Source: Paraspadella gotoi | Lineage: Eukaryota > Animalia > Chaetognatha | Length of the DNA: 64,000 bases | Direction of reading: 5' to 3' | Assembly (NCBI GenBank): GCA_051294375.1 | Contig: CM119268.1 | Location: forward strand, 4,302,250-4,366,249 | Part shown: piece by piece, positions 1 through 14,562 of the stretch | Layout of the letters: every line of letters starts with the position of its first letter | Position numbering within the stretch: the first letter of the stretch is position 1 | Program-made: the position numbers and the translations under genes | The notes under the pieces: generated by a model | The model's input: the letters and a program-made list of their open reading frames with translations, nothing else | Told to the model about the DNA's origin: nothing | The model's database searches: none

Positions 1-2439
1 GAGGAGGAGGAGGAGGAGGAGGAAGAGGAATAGGAGGAGGAGAAGTGGGAGGAACAGTTAAACTCCCGGGAGAAAAAACAGGCGCTCTGTAATCTTAATT
101 TCGATTGGAAAGTCTCGGGGGGCTTGAGCCGCTGTCGTTGTTGTCGTCGTTGTTGTTATTGTGATTTGCGTCCTCGATTTTTTTTTTTTAATATTTTTTT
201 TTATTTTGAAATATTAGTTTTGGTTGTTGACGTTTATTTTTTGCAAGGAGAACTGTTCTTAGATGCCAACTTTTCAAAACTTCAAAACGCAAAAAAAAAA
301 AAAAAAAAAAAAAAAAATTACCCGTTGTTGGGCGTCTGCACGACGTACATGATTGTCTGTTTTGTTGAGGAAACAAGCCAAGAAGGTACTATGGTTTATC
401 ATGCCCCATGTACTATCTTTTGTAAACATAGTGGGTTTAATAACTGGTTTATATTCCGTTTCAATTTCTCCGTCCCGATGGGTCAAGAGTCAGGGTAAGC
501 CACATTGTATAACCATAGAGGGAAAATTTTTAAATATATATAGTTTTAATTTCTATCTCCCCCAAGTACATATTTAATTAATTGTTATTTTATTATTTAA
601 ATATTTCCTGCCACAGATTGGCGCGCAAGACTGCCAACTTGAAGTGTTATAGGACAGCGTACCTCGAACAAAAATACTCTTATAACCTTACGTGATTCCC
701 ACGTGCCCACGATTCCTTCCATTGGGCTCTCCACTACTTTGTCAAGACGTCGCACGCGGAATGAACCCACAACCATTCATTATAAACAACTCAGACAAAT
801 AGACTACTTACTCGTTAGATTATCGGCGATCGTCAATTTTTTATAAGTCGGTTATGTTAACGAATATTAGATGAAAATTTAGGTTTAAATTTGATAATTA
901 AGTTTGTTCGGCTTCATTGTTAATATTAAATTTCTTTTTCTTAGTTTTTTTGTTTTTATGTATTTTTATAACATATAAAAAGAAAAATATTTACCCGCAA
1001 TACAAGATGAAGAACTGAAATACCCTTTCGTCGTCTCCTACATTAACGAAGACGCGTGTTTCAACTTAGAGTAAATAATGTTAATATTGGAAGAATCCGC
1101 CAAAAAAGTCTGTTATTAAAACGACGGGAATTTTCTTGTAGAAAAATTAGATTTTTATTCCTAATTTATTTAAAGGTTTAATTTCTTTAATTTAATTTAA
1201 TTAATTTATTTAATTAATCATTTTATCATCGTTTCTTCCTTTTCCCAAGCATAGGGGCGGCGCCACTCCAAAGTCTCTCACTACTCACATTCGACGCACG
1301 AAGATCATGAGGCGCCCTCTGTCGAAGTGAGCTGCAGGAGCGAAGAAAACAACCTAGTCAGATTCGATGCCCGTTTCGCAAGGACGATGAGGTCAAGGTC
1401 ACCATGAGGTCATTACAAGGGGAACAGACCGGAAGGTCATGGCAGGGCGAGTTACAAAATATTGTAATATAGGTTTGCATAATTTAATATTATTGTGGAT
1501 AGTATTAGCTCTTTTTCGTTTTTTATTAATCTTTTAGTGTTTTATTCGCTTAAAAAATACATTGTGATCTACGTGGAAAGAGTTCAGCGAACGAACATGC
1601 GAATGGCGCCACCGTTCAGGTTAAAAATAGAGTTAAAAATGAGATTCAGAATACGTTTACTACATAATGTATTTTTATTTTTTCTTCCTCATCGTCAAAT
1701 AAATTTTATTTATTTCNNNNNNNNNNNNNNNNNNNNNNNNNAGTTTTACTATGTTTATCATGTCATTGTTGTAACATAGTGGTTTAATACTGGTTTATAT
1801 TCGTTTCATTTTCTGCGATGACGAATTTTTTCAATTAATACATCATTAGTTATGAAGATTTTCTTTTTTTTGCCTTGTGTAGTTATTATAATTATTTTTT
1901 TTAACAAAACTAAACTTTAATTGAATTCGAATTAAGGGGTTGGGAGTGAGAGCTGTTGAACGTCTTTCTCAATGTTGTCGTTTTCGTCGTCGTTTTCGTC
2001 GTCGTCTTCGTCGTCGTTTTCGTCGTTGTCGAGACGTGAGTTGAGTGAGTAAACTCGTTTCTGTGTGAGAGAAAGAGAGAGAGAGAGAGACAGAGAGAGA
2101 GAGAGANNNNNNNNNNNNNNNNNNNNNNNNNNNNNNNNNNNNNNNNNNNNNNNNNNNNNNNNNNNNNNNNNNNNNNNNNNNNNNNNNNNNNNNNNNNNNN
2201 NNNNNNNNNNNNNNNNNNNNNNNNNNNNNNNNNNNNNNNNNNNNNNNNNNNNNNNNNNNNNNNNNNNNNNNNNNNNNNNNNNNNNNNNNNNNNNNNNNNN
2301 NNNNNNNNNNNNNNNNNNNNNNNNNNNNNNNNNNNNNNNNNNNNNNNNNNNNNNNNNNNNNNNNNNNNNNNNNNNNNNNNNNNNNNNNNNNNNNNNNNNN
2401 NNNNNNNNNNNNNNNNNNNNNNNNNNNNNNNNNNNNNNN

Positions 2440-2472
<33 letters not shown>

Positions 2473-2786
2473 AGCGAAATAAGAGAGTTTTTCCACATTT
2501 AAACTTGGATTTAGAAAAAGAAAAAAACAGTTTTACGGTTGAGAAAAGCCGCACTACGATGAGGTCGGTCTCTCTCTCTCTCTCTTTCTCTCTCTCTGTC
2601 TTTTTCTCTTTCCTTCTCTCCTCTGTCTCATTCCCTCGCACGCTCGTTCAATATTTCACTGTTTCTCAGTAGCGCATTCTTCAAACCGTCAGGTGAGAAG
2701 AAAAACGAGTGGCCATCAGGCAAAACCCCTCACCCATCAGGCAGGAAGGACGGCAACAGCCGCAGCCGACAACGCTGCCGCCGCCC

Positions 2787-2818
<32 letters not shown>

Positions 2819-5447
2819 GTCTCAGTCGCCGCCTCCGACGACGCAGCTGGTTCCGCCTTTCCTTTTTTTTTCGTCTGCAAATGTTTAAAGCACAATTCAA
2901 CGAAACAAAAAGGCAACCTCGNNNNNNNNNNNNNNNNNNNNNNNNNNNNNNNNNNNNNNNNNNNNNNNNNNNNNNNNNNNNNNNNNNNNNNNNNNNNNNN
3001 NNNNNNNNNNNNNNNNNNNNNNNNNNNNNNNNNNNNNNNNNNNNNNNNNNNNNNNNNNNNNNNNNNNNNNNNNNNNNNNNNNNNNNNNNNNNNNNNNNNN
3101 NNNNNNNNNNNNNNNNNNNNTGTCGGTGCTATAAAGTCCTATGAGTATAATTTTGGCTAATCACACCCGTGAAGCCCAACCTGCAGAGGCCGACTTAGCT
3201 TTGTTTTGTTCCTATAAGAAAGATCTTCTTTGCTAACGATTTTGACTTCTTTCTCTTAGTTTTTATTTCACGTTATTCAGAATGTTAGACGTATGGCGAC
3301 GTGAATAGCAAATAAAGGGAGACAGGAAATATACGAATTACATTTAATAATGTACAATGACAAGGAAATCATAATAACGCGAATAAGATCGAAATGTTTG
3401 AGCTTGTGTCCGTTGGACCAATAAGTCTGCTTTTAATTGCCACAAAGTCAATAGATTTGACCCCAAAGACCCGATGATTTCACCGATTTCAGAGAGAGAA
3501 TCAGATCACGAATCACGGGTGAAACTGATCAGCCAAAGGATGGTAGAAATGGCCACTACAGACGCGACTTTTATTTTGTTCTTGTGGTTAACACTCATAT
3601 CCTAATAGCTTTTCATTCTTTTCTTTCTTGTTTTATCCTTTTTCCTTTCACGTCTTTTCTTTTCAATTTCATTTTGCTATTTCTTTGTCATGTTCTTTCC
3701 ACTTTCCTGTCATGTTCTTGTCAAAGTCATGGTTAGCTCTTTCCTTTATCTTGTTCTTCTACCTTTCCTCGCATGTTCTTGTCGATGTCATGTCTCGCTA
3801 TTTCCTTTGTCTTGTTTTTGTTAATTTTCTAGCATATTCTATTAAATTTCTTATTGTTATTTTCCTTGTCTTGTTCATTTTCCCTTTTCTGTCTGTTTTT
3901 GTCAGTTTCTTATTTCGCTATATCTTTTGTCATGTTTTTGTCATGTTTTTGTTTTTGTCATGTTTTTCTCACTTTTCTGTCATGTTCTTGTCAATTTCTC
4001 GTCTTCCCGTTTTTATCTTATTCCTCTTTAGTTCTCTCATTCTCTTCCTCTTCCTCCTCTTCCTTCTCTTCCTCATCTTCCTCCTCCTCCTCCTCGCCTA
4101 CCTAACCCAAGTCCCTTGGAGCAAATTGACAAAAATGGAAACTCTGACGTTTTCTTGTTCTTTTATTAGAAAATCGTCTTGTTTTATTATTTCTGTAATA
4201 AATAAATATTAGAGATACCAGGAGAAAGAGAGAGAGAAAGAGATAAAGAGAGAGAGGAAATAAGAAAGAAAGAAAAGTCGTCTTTGGATTAAAAAGAGAG
4301 AGATATAGAGAGAGAGTGGTTTTCTCAACATTCCCCTTCAGAAAATCGTTTATCTCTTCCCCAGACAAAAGAGGGAACTCTTTGCGTTGTTCCTTTGTTT
4401 TTTCTATTTGTGTCGTTGCTTCCAAAACCCGAGTTCATTCATTTGAAAATCCTGGCGGAGGAGATTGAAACGAATTTAAACGAAGGCAGACAAAAGGGAT
4501 TAGGCCCAAAAGGGAGAAGCGTACTTGGGTGCTGGTCCGTCGAAACTAGGGGGGGGGGGAAATAACAAAGTAGATTATTTAAAAAAATTCACTGTGATCA
4601 TCTTGATCACTATTTTCGGAACTGGCCCTATGCTTGTTCCTAGTCTCTAACCTAATCCTTAAACATAAAAATAAACTTAATTGTGAATTTAAGCTAAAAA
4701 GGGGAGCGTTTGGAAATGATGGTCTAATCCTGTTAAACAATTGCTGCTTTTATTGTTGTTGTTTGTTGTTGCTGTTGTTTAAGCTGTTGTTTCCTAGCGA
4801 AGCTGTTGAAGATAAACGAGCGACAGCGATGGAGTCATTATCCGGATTAGAGAGGATGAAGGGATAAACGGACGGACAAAGAAAAAAGAGAGAGACGGAT
4901 AGAAGGATTTAAAGACGACTTAGAAAAAAAAACATTTTGTTTTGGCTTTTGACACAGACAAAGGGTTTTGAGAAAAAACCGATAGAAAAAAAAGAAACTG
5001 TTAAAAAAATAGTTTGGAGATCAATATTAGAATAAAATGTGTTAGGATGGGTTAATATTTCATGATATTAATTAATTGGGCGGTTGGCGCCTTAATAACA
5101 AAAATCTGTTCTGATCAAATGTGAACAAAAAGATAAATGTGAAAGTCAAGTTGTCATAATTAAAATCACGAATTACTGACAAAATAAAAGACGTTGCTTC
5201 ACGATGCCTCACGTTTCACACTCATTCAAGTGTCATTAACAATGTGAGGAACAATTACCCACTATTATTTTACCAAAAGGTTAAATGGAAATTTAAAAAA
5301 AATATACCTACATATTTTATAGATATAAAAAAATATAGAATAGAAAATAAAAGGAATTATAATTCCTAGGGAGACCACGAGCTGTCGATGCTTATCAACT
5401 GGCAACCGACAATGCCACTCTCCGCCAGACGATGCGGCTGCCAGCAA

Positions 5448-5504
<57 letters not shown>
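5448..5504. repeat. (GCC)n trinucleotide tract
   Basis: About 18 perfect units. Confidence 0.95.
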
Positions 5505-5505
<1 letters not shown>

Positions 5506-6994
5506 CTTTACGACGAACAGGAATTCCGGTTCTCGTTTTCCTCTTCCTCCTCCTTCTTAGACCCAACTTGGCGCAGACCGATGTTTGGGTTATAAGACTT
5601 TAATGTCGATCGTTACGCTCGATCCCGGGCCCCGAACGCCGTTGTCGTTATGCTCGATCCCGGGCCGAGGGGGAACTCTTTTTCTTTATTCATTCGCAAT
5701 CTATTTTCTTTTTTNNNNNNNNNNNNNNNNNNNNNNNNNNNNNNNNNNNNNNNNNNNNNNNNNNNNNNNNNNNNNNNNNNNNNNNNNNNNNNNNNNNNNN
5801 NNNNNNNNNNNNNNNNNNNNNNNNNNNNNNNNNNNNNNNNNNNNNNNNNNNNNNNNNNNNNNNNNNNNNNNNNNNNNNNNNNNNNNNNNNNNNNNNNNNN
5901 NNNNNNNNNNNNNNCTAAACCGCAGAAATAAATGTCTTAACTTACCTTTTTTTATAAGATATTTTATTTTTTTAATCGTGCGTCAAAAGTAAAAAAAACA
6001 ACATTATCATTGGGTCGCTTGTACAATGGATTTTACTTTTTTTTGTAGGCCTATTTTATAAAATTGACTTTTCGTGTTTAAATACTTTTTAAATTCATGT
6101 TTTAATTGTTTATAAATGTCGAGAACTAATCTCCGAATGTTTGCGAAAAATTATTTTAAAACATTTTTTTTTGGTTTCAAATCGAAAAAAAAAAAAAAAT
6201 GAAGAGTCACGATTGATGAGTCATGATTGTTCTCCCATTTATTTTTGTTTTGTTTATTTTTATTTAGTTCAAACGCATGTTTACGTAAAGACATACATCG
6301 AATTTTCATCGATCATTTCTAAATTAATGCCAACGCAACCAAAATAAAAATAAACTAAAGATAAAAAAAAATAGAGAAACAATTGATGCTTTAATCTTCA
6401 CAAGACCGGAAGTGAGATTCTCACTGGACGAGGCGAAGCGCGTGAGAGAGGAGGAGGAAGAGGAGGAGGAGGAGGAGGAAACGGAGGAAAGGAAAGAGGA
6501 AAGCTTGTGAAATGAGGAAGAAAAAAAGATCCTAGTTTATGAGGTGTTACTTTAATGTCTGTTTTTTTTTGTATATAAATCTTTTTCGTAATTTTTTTCT
6601 CTATATTTTTTTTTGGGCGGGGAAAAAAAAAGAAATAAGAGGCTACTTATAGCAGGGGGGGTAGAGGATTGGCGGGCCCCTCCACTTAATCTTTTTGCTA
6701 CCACTGGCCCCCCTGAAAGCTGAGCTCATCCCACTCCCTTACAGTTAATTTAACAACTCAGCAACACATTATTGTCATATTATGTCTCTATTTTAAGATT
6801 TTCTAATGATACAAAATCATTTTACAAAACTATAAGCTATTTTTTCTTTTATAATTATATAATAGTTTTTTTTAGCCTCATGAGCTTTTCCATAAGAGCT
6901 CGGGCCCCTCGGCTTTGTGGAGGGCGTCTACCCTTCTACAACGCCACTGACTTAAAGCTTTCATTTGTTAAATTTGTTTGCGACTTTTATCTTA

Positions 6995-7067
<73 letters not shown>

Positions 7068-8497
7068 CCCCGATCATAGTTTAAATCGTAACTGATTCGT
7101 TAAATATCGTTACAGTTACCTAAATTTTGGTCACTGAGATCCATGTTCAAGCCTGGTATGGTATTTCAACCTTGTCCTTATTGTTTATTGTGAGACTAAG
7201 AAATTTATCAGGAGGGGCCGGTTGGTTAAAGGTGGTGAAAACAAAATGCTCAATGTTGTATAACGGGCAAACAATTGCAAAAGTTCCAGAAAAGAATCAA
7301 TTTTGATTACAATGTTTTATTTACTTTTTGTTTATAATATATAAATCATTCTTTAAAAAAATAATTTATACATTATATACATTTTTAAAAAATTTTTTTT
7401 TCTTTTTTTTCTCCTTTATTTTTTGAAATTGAATTATGGTTTGAGCCGTGTTTTGTTTTATGGGCCCCCGCCAAATTAATTTGGTAAAGATTTAGCTGAA
7501 AAATTTAATTACTTCGTATGTGTTTTAAACTTCACTTACTAGTACTATTAACCAGGATCAATAAACGATTTTACTCTTTTTAACATTTAAGAAGTTATTA
7601 TCTTATACTATATTGAAGAAGAAAAAATACTGATGAAACGAGAAAGACCAAATTATCGAATAAACTTAAGAATTAACGCAGACTGACTGGGACTCCATGT
7701 ATAGTATGTATACATTGTATACCTCGCTAGAAAAAAAAATAAAGAAACTATTTTCCGGAGTTCCAGTTTTTGTATTCGACATTAAAACCGAAAGATAATG
7801 ATATTCCCCATTGACTGAAGAGAAAAAAAAAATTACGCCGCATATAATTATATACTACGTCTTGTAAATATTTCATATTTAAACTGTTTAAAGCAAAAAG
7901 GCAACCATTTTTTTTTAAAAAGAGAGTAAATAATAAACTTGACAAAATTACGAGAATGAGCATTAAATTCGTACGATTGAGAGTCAATTTTGAGCTGTGG
8001 TTTCGGACGACCAAATTAAAATGGAAAAAGAAAGTTTTGAAGATAAAATCCATATTAAGCACGATAGAATTCCATTAGATTTTTTCTTCTCGAATTTTAC
8101 ATTAAAAAAATTAACAAAAAAAAAACGCGTTTCATAGTTTTACTATAGAATTGATTTGACACGAAAAAAACTTTTATTTTCTATATTTGATCACCAACGG
8201 AGAATGAAGATAATTTTTCTCTTGAATCCTTCCACAGCGCATCTTGATCGCAAAAAAAAAAAAAAAAAAAAAACAACAAAAAAATATGTCTTACCCTTTC
8301 CATTTCGGCATCTGAAATATCAGATTCAAATTTTAAACGATAAAATATCAGCCATTAATTTGTTTTGTTTTTGTTTTGTTTTAAAATCGCGATAATTTGA
8401 GTATTCGTCTAGATAAAAATATGTGGACGTCACTACTACAGACAGCAAACATTGAGTTCAATTTAATTCCTTAAAAAATTTATCGATAACGTGAGTT

Positions 8498-8533
<36 letters not shown>

Positions 8534-9637
8534 TAATTAAGTAATGAAAATATTCATATACCTCGTAGCAATAAATCCGTTTTGTTTTTTAATTGCTTGA
8601 AAGTTTTTTTTTTTTTTTGCTTAAATACCAGATGATTATGAAAAAGTTTCTTTAATTATGAATACAAATGTTTCTTTTATTCGTTTTTAAACTTTGTTTA
8701 ATGAGTTAAAGAAGAAAGAAAAACAAAAAATGATGTGATCTTGATTTATTCAAGCTTAACGCATCTTTTTTGTTTGTTTTTTTTTTTGTTGGTTTTTTTT
8801 TAATAATTTGGGGTTTTTTTTTTAAGATTAAAAAAAATTTGTTCCGTTCAGAATAGTTTAATAATACGCTAATGGACATAAGTTTTGGTATCTACTATTT
8901 AAAAACTTAAAAGAAGAAAAAATAAAAGAATTTACCTACACAATCTATTTCTAGAAGCAGTATTATATAAAAAACTCACAAGAAGGCGAATTTTGAATTT
9001 TTCTTTGTTCAAAAATTGGAACAGGCTTTGGATACAAAAACGATGGCTTGGTTCCTCAAAAAATGTAATACTTTTTTTTAAATTATATTTTCAAAAGTTA
9101 CAAAACGATTTTTTAAACTATGGAGGTGACGCGGAAAGTGAGTTAACCTTACCTATAACCTTACCTAAATATAATCCCCTTATCCCCTTATCGAGCTATC
9201 GTTTAGATCGTTGGGACATAATATTCATAATATTCAAAATATCAATTTCCCTTTCTTCTTGTGAGTTTTAAAAGAAAGAGAGAAAACTCAGTGGCCGTTC
9301 CAAGCTGAATAAGAATAAATCTAGGATGAAATAAATCTTCTTTACCTTCAACTCTTTTTTTAATTATTCATTATTTTTGTCCCGTCTTCCCCCCCCAAAA
9401 AAAGAAAGAGAAAATGATGGGAATAGTTATTTCATCGTTAAACAGACGCGCGTTTTCTATTCGCTGCGAACCGTCACATATAAGTCACTATATTAAAGCT
9501 AAACATCAAAGATATAACAAGAAAACTAACAATAAGATGAATAACATCGCAAAATGTCGTCCCTCTATCGGACGATGAAGTACCGTTCTTTTGTTTAAAA
9601 ACACAGCACGAAATCAATGACAGAGAGAGGAAGAGAG

Positions 9638-9676
<39 letters not shown>

Positions 9677-10031
9677 GAGGAGAGAGAGAGAGAGAGAGAG
9701 TGATTTAGGCTTAGAGATAGGGGGACGAATTATTTTTCGCCCTCATTTAAAAAATATCGTGAATTTTCTTGTTTTCTTTTTTTTTTTTTGTGAATGTAGT
9801 ATGATCATGATAATGATTTTTATTTGTTTTTTTTTTTTTTTGATAAGAGAAATACTTCGATCTTATCGAATTGTTTCTTTGGTCAACTTGTGTGGTAAAT
9901 TTGTAAAAGTGCGGTTTTTTTATATATTAGATTCAAAAGTTTTTTTCTTCGTTTAGGGAAACAGTTTCGTATTTGTCTTCCTTTTTCTCTTTTTTTTTTC
10001 AAAAACCGGCGGTCGAGAGAGAATATAATCG

Positions 10032-10104
<73 letters not shown>

Positions 10105-11882
10105 GTAGTAAAGAGTTGTGCATATAAACGAACAATTTTTACCCTACAATTGGCGTAACAATCGTACAGTATATCATAATAATACAACACACAGGCCCTT
10201 TTTTCGCGTTAAGTATATCACGTGAGATTGGGGGATTTTATATTAATAGGATGTTTTTAAATCCGTAATTTTTTTTTTTTTTGTGGGACAAATCTTACGG
10301 TCACCGGTCAGGATTCGAGCAAAAATTCTTCCTTTGTTTTTTCGGGTTTGCAACAAAATTGTCAGTTATATGATTTTTCCCCCTCGTTCTTTAAAAGTAA
10401 CATATTCACTCTATTTCGTTTTACGCATTGTAAACATTTAAAGATAACAATGTAAGCGGCAGACAACTTCTGTTTGTGTTTTTTTTTAATAGTCACAACA
10501 ACGGGATTATAATAGCTTCATTAGTTTTTACATATACATCGATACTAATATCATTCTTTCTTTGCAATGAAACGTCTTTGTTTGTAAATAGGATCTTTCG
10601 CTGAGAATTTTTTTGCGTTTTTGTTTAATTCTTTGTAGACTTTTTTTTTTTTTCATGAATTTGAAAATAAATTCATCCGTTTGACAGATTTTTTTCTTCT
10701 TCGAGCAACTCACATAAAAAGGCAGAAAATAAGGAAAGAGCATATCGCGAACTCTGACTGTTCATTGTTTCGTTATCACCTTCCGTCACCGGAAACTTCC
10801 GCCCTCTGAAGTACAAAAAATAAGCAAATCTCAAAAGAAAAGAAGGTGAGCAGCAGCATGTTGACAAAGAAAAGATCATTCCGTTTAAACATAGTGAAAG
10901 CTTGGCAACCTATGCAAGCTGACGGAAATTTCTCTTTGGTTTTCGTACGAAAAAAAAATTCGGTGAAATTAACGTCGAAATTATTCAAAACACGCGAATT
11001 AGTTTCATTTTTTTTTAAATGTTAAAAAAAATATTAACAAACACATACAACGATATAACTTTCGCGGAATTTTCCTCATTTAATAAGTGATTGCATTATT
11101 AATGAGTTTAATTCACGGACATGATTCATCATTACACGACACAGAACAAGGTGTACGAGTCACTCACAACACAAAAGGGGGAAATTCTTCAGGAAAATTT
11201 GTATACAAGTATATAACTGTTTTTTTTTTTATTTAGTCACTCGTTACAATAGATGAAAACGGTCCTGCTGCTCGAGGGAGCTTTTTTTGCAAGTTAAAAT
11301 ATCTGTCGGCAAGGGATTTTGTTTTATCAAGTGGATTTTTCTTTCTGGTTCTTTTATCAGATTGTTCTTTTTGTTGAATCGGATATTTCATGTTCCAGGT
11401 GTCGCTAAAATTAAAATCTCTGGCTTCAACTTAAAGTTCAAGTTTCGTTAGAAACCGCGTCATCGCATCGTCGACGTTCTTTTCGCTTTAATTATGTGTG
11501 TTTGTATTTTCTTCTTTCATTGTTATATTTATTTTATATATCATTTTTTATTTATTTACTAATTTAGTTCTAAGTAAAACAATTAAATCTTTAAAATAAA
11601 GAAATTAAAATCTGTACAACGCGACTTAGAAAAAAAAAAGAGAATATTAAAAATTAACCGTAGGCACTAATTTCGTGAGAATATTTTTTCTGGAGTACAA
11701 AGTGATTCAGAGAAATCACGTTTTTTCAATTAAACTATTTAAAATTAGACTAAAAAAAAAACAACAACAAAAAAACAATTTGGTGCAAAATAAGAAAAAA
11801 AAAGTTTTCATTTTACGATTCTTTTTTCCCATCATTCTCACCGCTCACTTCACTCTCACTGCTCACTCACTCTCTCATTCAC

Positions 11883-12261
11883 TCACAGCAGAGCATCCCT
11901 CCTCCTCGGGGCCGTTGTAGCCCCGGCGGCCGCCCTTCGGGGCAGATGGACCGAGGGATACTTGGCGGCGTCGTGAAGGCTGGCGGCGGGGGCGGCGGCG
12001 CTGCACCGGCTTGGGTCATGGACGAGTGCAGGGGCGGGGCATGGCGCCCCACGGCCCCTCTCATCCGCAGAACGTCTGGGGGTCATTCGAGAGCCCCCCG
12101 CGGCTCGCCGCCCCTCTGGGCACCGAGGGGCCGCGGAATCTTGGGCAAATTTCGATGGCGGAGAAGGAAGTCGGTCGGCGGACGACGACGAGACGACGCC
12201 GCTTCCTCCGCCGCGTGAAAATAGTGAGAGGGCGTGAAGGTGGCGCCCTCGTTAATGTAGC
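11883..12261 (-). pseudogene. Second, indel-containing copy of the candidate terminal exon
   Basis: Near-identical to 17933-18321 but with single-base indels that break the frame; lies inside the 5.3-kb duplicated block. Confidence 0.75.
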
Positions 12262-12617
12262 CTGGGATGGGGGTTGATTGTTTTGATTGATTTAATGATT
12301 TGATTGATTTGTATTGATGTTGATTGATTTGATTGACTTGATTGTTGATTGATCTGATTGATTTGATTGATTTGATTGATTTGATTGATTTTGATTTACT
12401 TTAGAAATGATGCGTGATTGAATAACTAATATATTCATTTATTGATTAATCACATTATAAATATATAATTATTTTTAATNNNNNNNNNNNNNNNNNNNNN
12501 NNNNCGATCATAGTTTAAATCGTAACTGATTCGTTAAATATCGTTACAGTTACCTAAATTTGGTCACTGAGATCCATGTTCAAAGCCTGGTANNNNNNNN
12601 NNNNNNNNNNNNNNNNN

Positions 12618-12759
12618 CTGATAAATTTCTTAGTCTCACAATAACAAAAGGAAAGGTGAAATACCATCCAGGCTTTGAACATGGATCTCAGTGACCAAAA
12701 TTTAGGTAACTGTAACGATATTTAACGAATCAGTTACGATTTAAACTATGATCGGAGAC

Positions 12760-12821
<62 letters not shown>

Positions 12822-13252
12822 AGAGAGTGAAAAGTCGTAAACAAATTTTAACAAATGAAAGCTTTAAGTCAGTGGCGTGTGAAGGGTAGACGCCCTCCAC
12901 AAAGCGAGGGGCCCGAGCTTCTTATGGAAAAGCTCATGAGGCTAAAAAAACTATTATATAATATAAAAGAAAAATAGCTTATAGTTTTGTAAAATGATTT
13001 GTATCATTAGAAAATCTTAAAATAGAGACATATATGACAATAATGTGTTGCTAGTTAGTTAAATTAATGTAAGGTGAGTGGATGAGTCAGCTTTCGTGGG
13101 GGCCAGATGTTAGCAAAAAGATTAAGTGGAGGGGCCGCCAATCCTCTACCCCCTGCTATAAGTAGCCTCTATTTTCTTTTTTTTTCCCCGCCCAAAAAAA
13201 AAATATGTAGAGAAAAAAATTACGAAAAGATTTATATACAAAAAAACAGACA
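12618..13252. repeat. Inverted copy of 6556-7211
   Basis: ctgataaatttcttagtctcac...aaaaaacagaca is the reverse complement of tgtctgtttttt...gtgagactaagaaatttatcag. Confidence 0.92.
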
Positions 13253-14526
13253 GAGGGGGCCGGTTTGTTAAAGGTGGTGAAAACAAAATGCTAATGTTGT
13301 ATAACGGGCAAAACAATTGCAAAAGTTGCAGAAAAAGAATCAATTTTGATTACATGTTTTATTTACTTTTGTTTATAATATATAAATCATTCTTTAAAAA
13401 AATAATTTATACATTATATACATTTTTAAAAAATTTTTTTTTTCTTTTTTTCTTCCTTTATTTTTTGAAATTGAATTATGGTTTGAGCCGTGTTTTGTTT
13501 TATGGGCCCCCGCCAAATTAATTTGGTAAAGATTTAGCTGAAAAATTTAATTACTTCGTATGTGTTTATAAACTTCACTTACTAGTACTATTAACCAGGA
13601 TCAATAAACGATTTTACTCTTTTTAACATTTAAGAAGTTATTATCTTATACTATATTGAAGAGAAAAAATACTGATGAAACGAGAAAGACCAAATTATCG
13701 AATAAACTTAAGAATTAACGCAGACTGACTGACTCCATGTATAGTATGTATACATTGTATACCTCGCTAGAAAAAAAAATAAAGAAACTATTTTCCGGAG
13801 TTCCAGTTTTTGTATTCGACATTAAAACCGAAAGATAATGATATTACCATTGACTGAAGAGAAAAAAAAAATTACGCCGCATTAATTATATATACGTCTT
13901 GTAAATATTTCAATATTTAAACTGTTTAAAGCAAAAAGGCCACCATTTTTTTTTAAAAAGAGAGTAAATAATAACTTGACAAAATTACGAGATAGGCATT
14001 AAATTCGTACGATTGAGAGTCAATTTTGAGCTGTGGTTTCGGACGACCAAATTAAAATGGAAAAAGAAAGTTTTGAATAAAATCCATATATAGCACGATA
14101 GAAATCCATTAGATTTTTTCTTCTCGAAATTTTACATTAAAAAAATTAACAAAAAAAAACCGTTTCATAGTTTTACTATAGAATTGATTTGACACGAAAA
14201 AACTTTTATTTTCTATATTTGATCACCAAACGAGAGATGAAGATAATTTTCTCTTGAATCCTTCCACAGCGCATCTTGATCGCAAAAAAAAAAAAAAAAA
14301 AAACAACAAAAAAATGTCTTACCCTTTCCATTTCGGCATCTGAAATATCAGATTCAAATTTTAAACGATAAAATATCAGCCATTAAATTTGTTTTGTTTT
14401 TGTTTTGTTTTAAATCGCGATAATTTGAGTATTCGTCTAGATAAAAATATGTGGACGTCACTACTTACGACAGCAAACATTGAGTTCAATTTAATTCCTT
14501 TAAAAAATTTATCGATAACGTGAGTT

Positions 14527-14562
<36 letters not shown>

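Noticed and set aside
274-500. Possible exon (ORF 274-486 minus with a CGG|GTAATT donor), partly echoed at 1743-1820
   Set aside because: No recognisable protein motif, strand is ambiguous, and the region looks like low-quality consensus.
1388-1442. Cluster of four AGGTCA nuclear-receptor half-sites
   Set aside because: AGGTCAAGGTCA is common in invertebrate repeats; there is no promoter context to support function.
1910-3160. Long ORFs in the track (243, 188, 175, 155 aa)
   Set aside because: They run through N gaps and (AG)n or (GCC)n repeats; not evidence of genes.
3628-4212. 194-aa hydrophobic ORF resembling a membrane protein
   Set aside because: Product of T/C-rich degenerate tandem repeats (ttgtcatgtt).
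12505-12760. Apparent hairpin between 12505-12592 and 12655-12755
   Set aside because: Arms are separated by N gaps and duplicate 7071-7160; scaffolding artefact.
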